This document shows positions 48,870-54,845 of a stretch of 54,845 nucleotides of DNA, in pieces (the first letter of the stretch is position 1; each line of letters opens with the position of its first letter). Both the position numbers and the translations under genes were made by a program. The DNA is taken from NCBI GenBank assembly GCA_001938485.1, contig MQRK01207426.1, forward strand, positions 26,183-81,027, given 5' to 3'. Source of the DNA: Girardia tigrina. Its lineage: Eukaryota. The notes below the pieces were generated by a model. It was not told the origin of the DNA. It searched no databases and saw nothing but the letters and a program-made list of their open reading frames with translations.

Positions 48870-51800
48870 TCTCTGTTCGGAGAGGGGTTCGAGTCCACCT
48901 GGAACCATAGGTGTACTCATCGGAAACAGTCATCGATGATTTCATTTAAACCCAGTAGTTCAGGAACACGATAATAATTGCTGTTACGAACGAGAAACTC
49001 CTCCTCATTGATCATCTCATTATTATTCAAAAGTAAACAAATCCTCTTACTTGAAACGATCTAAAACTCATTTGTGACTTTAACCTCGTCCTCCATTTAA
49101 CCACGAGTTCTTGTCTCCAACGTTTCCAGAAATATTAAGTCAATTCTTTCAACCTCCCCCATCTCAACCTAAGGGAAGCTACATTCGATGGTGCTATGTT
49201 TAGCATCCTTGTCTCCAATCATAACTCCAAGAAACAATTCTTAGTCAAGGCGTTTTAATCTCTTGAATTCTGACTAATTATACGAATTGGCCGTGTATTC
49301 CAAATTAATACCTCTAGTACTACGAGCCTATTAAGTTCTTCAGTTATCTCAGTATCTTTCAAAATATGGCCCAAAGCTCTTTTCGCTAGTTTCACCATAA
49401 CCTGGCACATTCAATTGCAATCAGATGTTCATGGAGGATTTAATAACAAGGTTATTCCAGAATTTTTCTTTGAACAGCTATCTCTAGAAGACTTCACTAT
49501 AATGTTTTATTAAATCTTTAAAACTACGACAAAATTTGATCCATTATCCGAGACAATCAGTCTCAGTCTCTAATTTCTTAGAATTATTCTTATGAAAACT
49601 CTTACAAAGGAATATTTTTCCAAACTTTGAGCCTCCTTCCGATGTACCCATCTGATTTGTATTAATAAACAACTGAAAATGCAGACATCTCTAATCTATA
49701 ACCTTTCCTCCTTCAAATTTGACTCTGACCTGTACTGCTTAATCTACAAAACACATCTACAACTTTAAACGAAGGTAGTGGTGCTATAATTTGATCTCCT
49801 CCTTTTGCCTTTTCTCTCTGGCAATACAAACTCTTGAACGCACTTTCTTACAACTCATCTACATCCTTTTAACAAACAATTTTTTAATGATTTCGGATAA
49901 CCAATATTCTACAACATCATAATGTCTCTTTTGCTTATTATATTCTCCGATGAAGAACCAGCTACCCAGCTATGCCTGTGGAGAATATATAAGGTTTCCC
50001 AGTCAAGAAAGTATGTATTGCTAAATTTGGAATCTGGTGTGATTAACGGGTGCGCAGGCAAAATCTGGACAAATTTTAAACCACCATTGTGAAAAGATGA
50101 AATAAAATTTCCAGAAGCTGTTTATATTTTATTAAAGGGCAAGATGTAAGGAACAGAAAATGTTTACAGAATAATTGAAAGTGGTCCGTCTCTATACACA
50201 GTATGAAGGCGTTTCTTAATCCCTTTGAGGTCCTTCCGCAACGTGGACTGATCCATTGTTTTCAACATTTTCTTAATCCGTTGCTGTAGTTAAGGAATTG
50301 TTTGAGCCTCCCAAACTCCTTCATACACTTTCGCCTTTAGAGCGCCCCCAAAATTCTCAATGGGGCGACAGTGTGGGACGTTGGGAGGATTACACTCATT
50401 GTCAACAAAGGGGATGTTGAGATGATGGAGAAGTTTGAGAGTGCTGTTCGCATAATGTGCAGAAGCCAGGTGCGGCCAGAAGAGAATTTCGTCATCTCGA
50501 TGATATTTCTTGATAAACTTCATCAGACCTTGTCTGATGCACTGCTCTTGATAGAAATCGGAATGTACACTGTTTGGCCGCTGCAAAAATATAGGATCAC
50601 TGATGTGGTCTGCGGAGACACAAAGTCAAACCATCAGCTGAACAGGGGACTTTCTTTCTGTTCTATATTTGACGTGTTCAGGAGCAGATTGAGGACTCGA
50701 AGTAAAGTAGTGATCATTTCCTGGTAGATAATCACATTTCAACTTGAAGTAGCTCTCATCGTCCATGATGATTTTTTTATCACTCAAACTTCGGAGTAAT
50801 CTTCCTGTTCACTCGCTTTACTTGCTCCTCTGTGTACTGAGGAACCTTCTTTCTCTTTCGGCATTTTAGACCACCTTCTTTCATAATATTCCTCATCATC
50901 GTGGCACAGACACCATACTTGCTGGCTTCACGTCTGAGAGATACACCACGCTTTGTTTGAATCCATCTCCGAATACTTGCGCGCTGTTGATATGTTAACT
51001 TTTTATTGTGGCCTCCACTTCCTGGCTTCCTTCGCACATTTGAACTCTTGGAGCGGTTTGAGAGAAGCGTATGGATGGAAGACCGTGTACAACCTTCATT
51101 TACAAAGTGGTTTACAGTGAAGGCTTTTCCTTTTAAAAAGTTCAGGTGCCAAAAGTTGCGAACTCTCTCACGGAGCTGTTGCTCTGTCATGTCTTTTCTG
51201 AGAAAATGAATGCCGAGAGGATGACGACATATTATGCAAGAAACCCCCTACCCAATGTGATTCATGTTGCAATTTGATTGGATGTTCCATTTATTTTTAA
51301 TTTACTGATAGTATGCATTTTTCTTATGTCCAGATTTTGCCTGCGCACCCGTTAATACAGACTCCTCAATATTTGGATTCCTATCCATTACAGAAATATT
51401 GTTAAGTATCGTTCCTGATTTCCATAGACACTCGTTTTCGTTTTGATGATATTACTCTTGGTATTCTTTGAATATCCGCAGGTCACATTCATCCGATTTG
51501 TTCTTAGATAGATCTCCTTGCTCTCTTTGATAATCGCACTTACGGTATTTCAAAATAAATTTTAACACTTAGGATCGCACTCTCAACAACATCAAGCAAC
51601 TTAAAAAGTTTTACGGTTCGTATTGGTCGTGGTCACCTCTCGATCCCACTATTTCTATAACATTGTTGTTTTTAAGAAAAAATCAACATATTTTCTATTT
51701 ATTTAACACGCGGTTCGGAAGTGGATTTCTCCAAGGCTGTAATTTGTACCCCCTTTTTACTCACCTAAATAGTTAATCAGCTGAATTAAATTTTTACTAA

Positions 51801-52700
51801 TGATTCACTCTCTATTTATTCTCTACTGATTCATTGAGGTCGACTTCTGAATCTCACTTACTTGTTACAAAGATCTTTAAATTAGTTGAACGAATATTTA
51901 TCCAGTGCAGAACTACATGGCTATCTGTCCAGTAATAAATTCTTTTATGATCTACAGGTAAGACTATAATCACTTTCTTTATTAATCGAACCCCAATCAC
52001 GGCGCCATTAGCTCTAATGTCAGAACACTCACCATCTTTATTGGCGTTACTTTTGACTTAGCGAACACTAATATCCCTCGACCTTTGCCTTTGGCTTTTT
52101 CTATCAAATACATTATTGCTCCATAAACTTTCTCGAAAGCATCTACCAAACTATGTAATTGCAACTCTTCCTAATTTTCTTGAATCAAGCCTCTTGGTAT
52201 CTATATTGATCTAGAGTCTTGGTTTTTGAGTCTTGAATTTTCTTTAGTCATTGACATTTCTTCCATTAGATATCGTCACGTATTTTTGCATCCCAATCTG
52301 AAACTTCAATGTACATTTCTCGAATGATCACTTAAACCCTTATCACAAAAGTAAAAAATCAATTCAATGGGGTAAAATACTCGGGTAACAACACTCAGAA
52401 AGTTTCTTTTTGTAATTTTAAAGTTTTCAGTGAACATTAAAGTTATGGAAAAATTGTCCACAGCCGGATTCCAGTACATCCAAAATGTTTTTACAGAAAG
52501 CTTCTGCTTGTATTCCTAATTTAGTACTTCGGGCATGTGATTGACTGGGACATCTTCCTTCACCTTTCGACTCTTTGTTTACCCCTGGTTGTTAATCATT
52601 CTAAACTTTCCACAAAACTTTTTCAAGCTGGGATCTAAATTCGATAGCTAATAATTCAGATAAGTCACCCATATAGGTCGGTGTTATTATCATTTCCACG
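48870..52700 (-). mobile_element. Degenerate BEL/Pao pol (RT/RNase H-integrase) in NCX intron 2, split by a Tc1-type element
   Basis: LVFAKSKVTP, LEL, YWTDSHVVLHWI, VSDNGSNF, FWKRWRQE. Confidence 0.8.
50046..51352 (-). mobile_element. DD37E (ITmD37E/TRT-like) Tc1/mariner element, 1307 bp, inactive
   Basis: Perfect 26-bp TIRs acgggtgcgcaggcaaaatctggaca with TA TSDs; IIMDDESYF; FWPHLASAHY (second D is H), 37 residues to RPIE; frameshifts. Confidence 0.9.
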
Positions 52701-53307
52701 GCACTTGGATATTACAATGATTACTTTTTTGTCGCTTCCTGTTTAAGGGATTTTTGTGACTTAAATTTTTGAATAATTAATTTGTAATATTATATTTATA
52801 ATCAAATAATTTCAAATGATTTATTTATGCAAATATTTAAAAAAAACAAATATTTCGGATTAATAATAAAAATTGTAATTTAAATTTAATTTATTAAAAT
52901 TTGACTTTTTTGGAAATAAATAAGTAGGAGTAACAAACATTGTAAATAAAATTAAGTTTTAAATAAAAATTTTAATATTTATAACAAGTAATTGTAACTC
53001 AAAATTTGTATTAAAAAAATAACTATAATAAATGTTTTTTTAAAAATTAGGTGGTAAAATAAAAACAATCATAATGTTTATTTAAAATTGAAATAGTGTC
53101 AATTTGTATGAAAAGAATAATTATAATTGAATGTTTAACCAATTAACGAAGAATAAAATATTAAGAAATTTAATTTTAACAGTAGATGTACCATTAAAAT
53201 ATTATAAAAGATCTAAAATTATATATAAGTTCACTGGTTTTAGATAAATAATATTGAAATAATAACATTTAAATAATTTTAGATTACTAGAAATTGTTGC
53301 AAAATAA

Positions 53308-54641
53308 TCAGGCTGTCCCAAAAGTCCTCAGGTGGCCTTTAAAAACACACTAATATTTTACCAAATTTAACCAAATTTGGACTGAATATTATTCAAACTG
53401 TCATAAATACTGTTAAAATTTCAAAGCATAAAATTAAAAAAAAGTAAAATTTTGTTTTATTAAAGTATTGAAATTTTAAAATTGCAGCGAATTCAAATCA
53501 AGCGGTTTTTAACAATGGAACCAAATAAATGTTGCTAACGTTTTTTTGTTCTAACTCACATTAAAAGAGGATTCTCTGCTTCAGAAATTCTTCAGCAACT
53601 TCAGCAGACATGGGAAGACGCAAATCACCCAGCCCTGAAAACTATTCAACAAAGTTGACTGACTTAAAAAAGAAAAGCGGACGTTCTTCGACGATTCATC
53701 AAGAAGTGGTAGACAGTCATTAATAGACGATGAAAAGATTAAAGCAGTCAAAGAAGTTATTGATGAAGCTCCAAATGCGTCTTTGCGTTATATTGAAAAT
53801 GAACTTTCTTTAGGCAAAAATACAGTCCACAAAATTTTGCGTGAAAAACTTCATTACAAAAAAGTTTGCTCTGTTTGGGTCCTTCGCGAACTTTCTGTTG
53901 CTAATAAACAACAACGCATTAACACTGCAAAGTATATGCCCATGTAATTTCACAGATGGGTGATGAAGCATATTCTAACATAGCGATCGAGGATGAGACA
54001 TGGGTCTTTTTCCAAGGTAGAGGAAAGAAAGAAGATCACAAAGTTTGGATTCCTTCTAATGCTGTTCCACCGAAAGTGATAAAGCCATCGCCAATGACTG
54101 ATAAAAAATCTCTTGTTTTTTAACCTTTATTTTTTAACCTTTTGTAACCTTTACCTGCAACAAACGTTTTAATGTAAAAGCACTGCCATATGGTACCAAG
54201 ATTGATTCCGAGGTGTATGTGAACTTTGTTCATGACACCCGTGAAAAATGACGGAAACTTAGATCTAACAGCATTAAGCTAAAGGAACTTAAGTGGTAGT
54301 ATGATAATGCAAGACAAAGAAACAACTTTTTTTGAAAGAAGAAAAATTGAAAAAATTATCAATCGCCCTATAGTCCAGATTTTAATCTGTGTGACAGATT
54401 CTTGTTTTCAAAAATGAAGAAAAGTTTTAAAAATCATGTTTTCAAATCACATGAAGAAATTGAAAAAGCTTGTAAATTCTTTTTTAATTCTTTATCAACA
54501 GAAACATTAAAAAATCAACTAGATAAACTTTTTAACTATTGTCAGTTGGTTATTGACAAATATTCAGTTCAAATTTGGTTAAATTTGGTAAAATATTAGT
54601 GTGTTTTTAAAGGCCACCTGAGGACTTTTGGGACAGCCTAA
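53308..54641 (+). mobile_element. Degenerate mariner (DD34D-type) with 83-bp TIRs
   Basis: TIRs 53308-53390 and 54559-54641; WVLREL, EDETW, YDNAR, PYSPDFNLCD; stops and deletions. Confidence 0.88.
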
Positions 54642-54845
54642 TACGTTTAAAAATGATTTAAAATAGAATAGTTATTATTTAGATTTTTATAATGTATTTT
54701 GGAGATTTTTATAAAATAATAAAATCTTATGTGGAATAATTATGTAAATATTAATGTATTTTAATGTGTGTTGTTTTAATATTCATTATTGTAAACTGTT
54801 TATTCAAATATATATTTTTCTTAGTTGCAGATTCTCTTTTACAAC

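Overview
AT-rich animal genomic DNA, most likely a triclad flatworm. The mariner at 9450-10728 matches the termini of the Girardia (Dugesia) tigrina Dtmar1 transposase as I recall them; this is not a database result. Intact host genes: RPS11 (- strand, 67-bp intron), two near-identical cytosolic ferritin genes 11.35 kb apart (48-bp intron each), and the first two coding exons of an NCX/SLC8 Na+/Ca2+ exchanger. Degenerate gene fragments: two RPS11 relics, an SDR, an ankyrin ORF and a PP1-like ORF lacking catalytic residues. Most of the rest is layered transposon debris: hAT, MULE, piggyBac, Sola2-like, several Tc1/mariner/pogo types, Penelope, LINE, Gypsy, BEL/Pao and a foldback element. Best leads: (1) a compact Gypsy element whose 16-nt leader lacks a tRNA PBS but is complementary to its own LTR (candidate self-priming); (2) an apparent gene-conversion tract between the ferritin paralogs; (3) a gag-only CsRn1-like element with a His/Asp/Asn-rich repeat frame in place of pol; (4) several template-switch inverted duplications. 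There are two N gaps. All alignments and identities were judged by eye.
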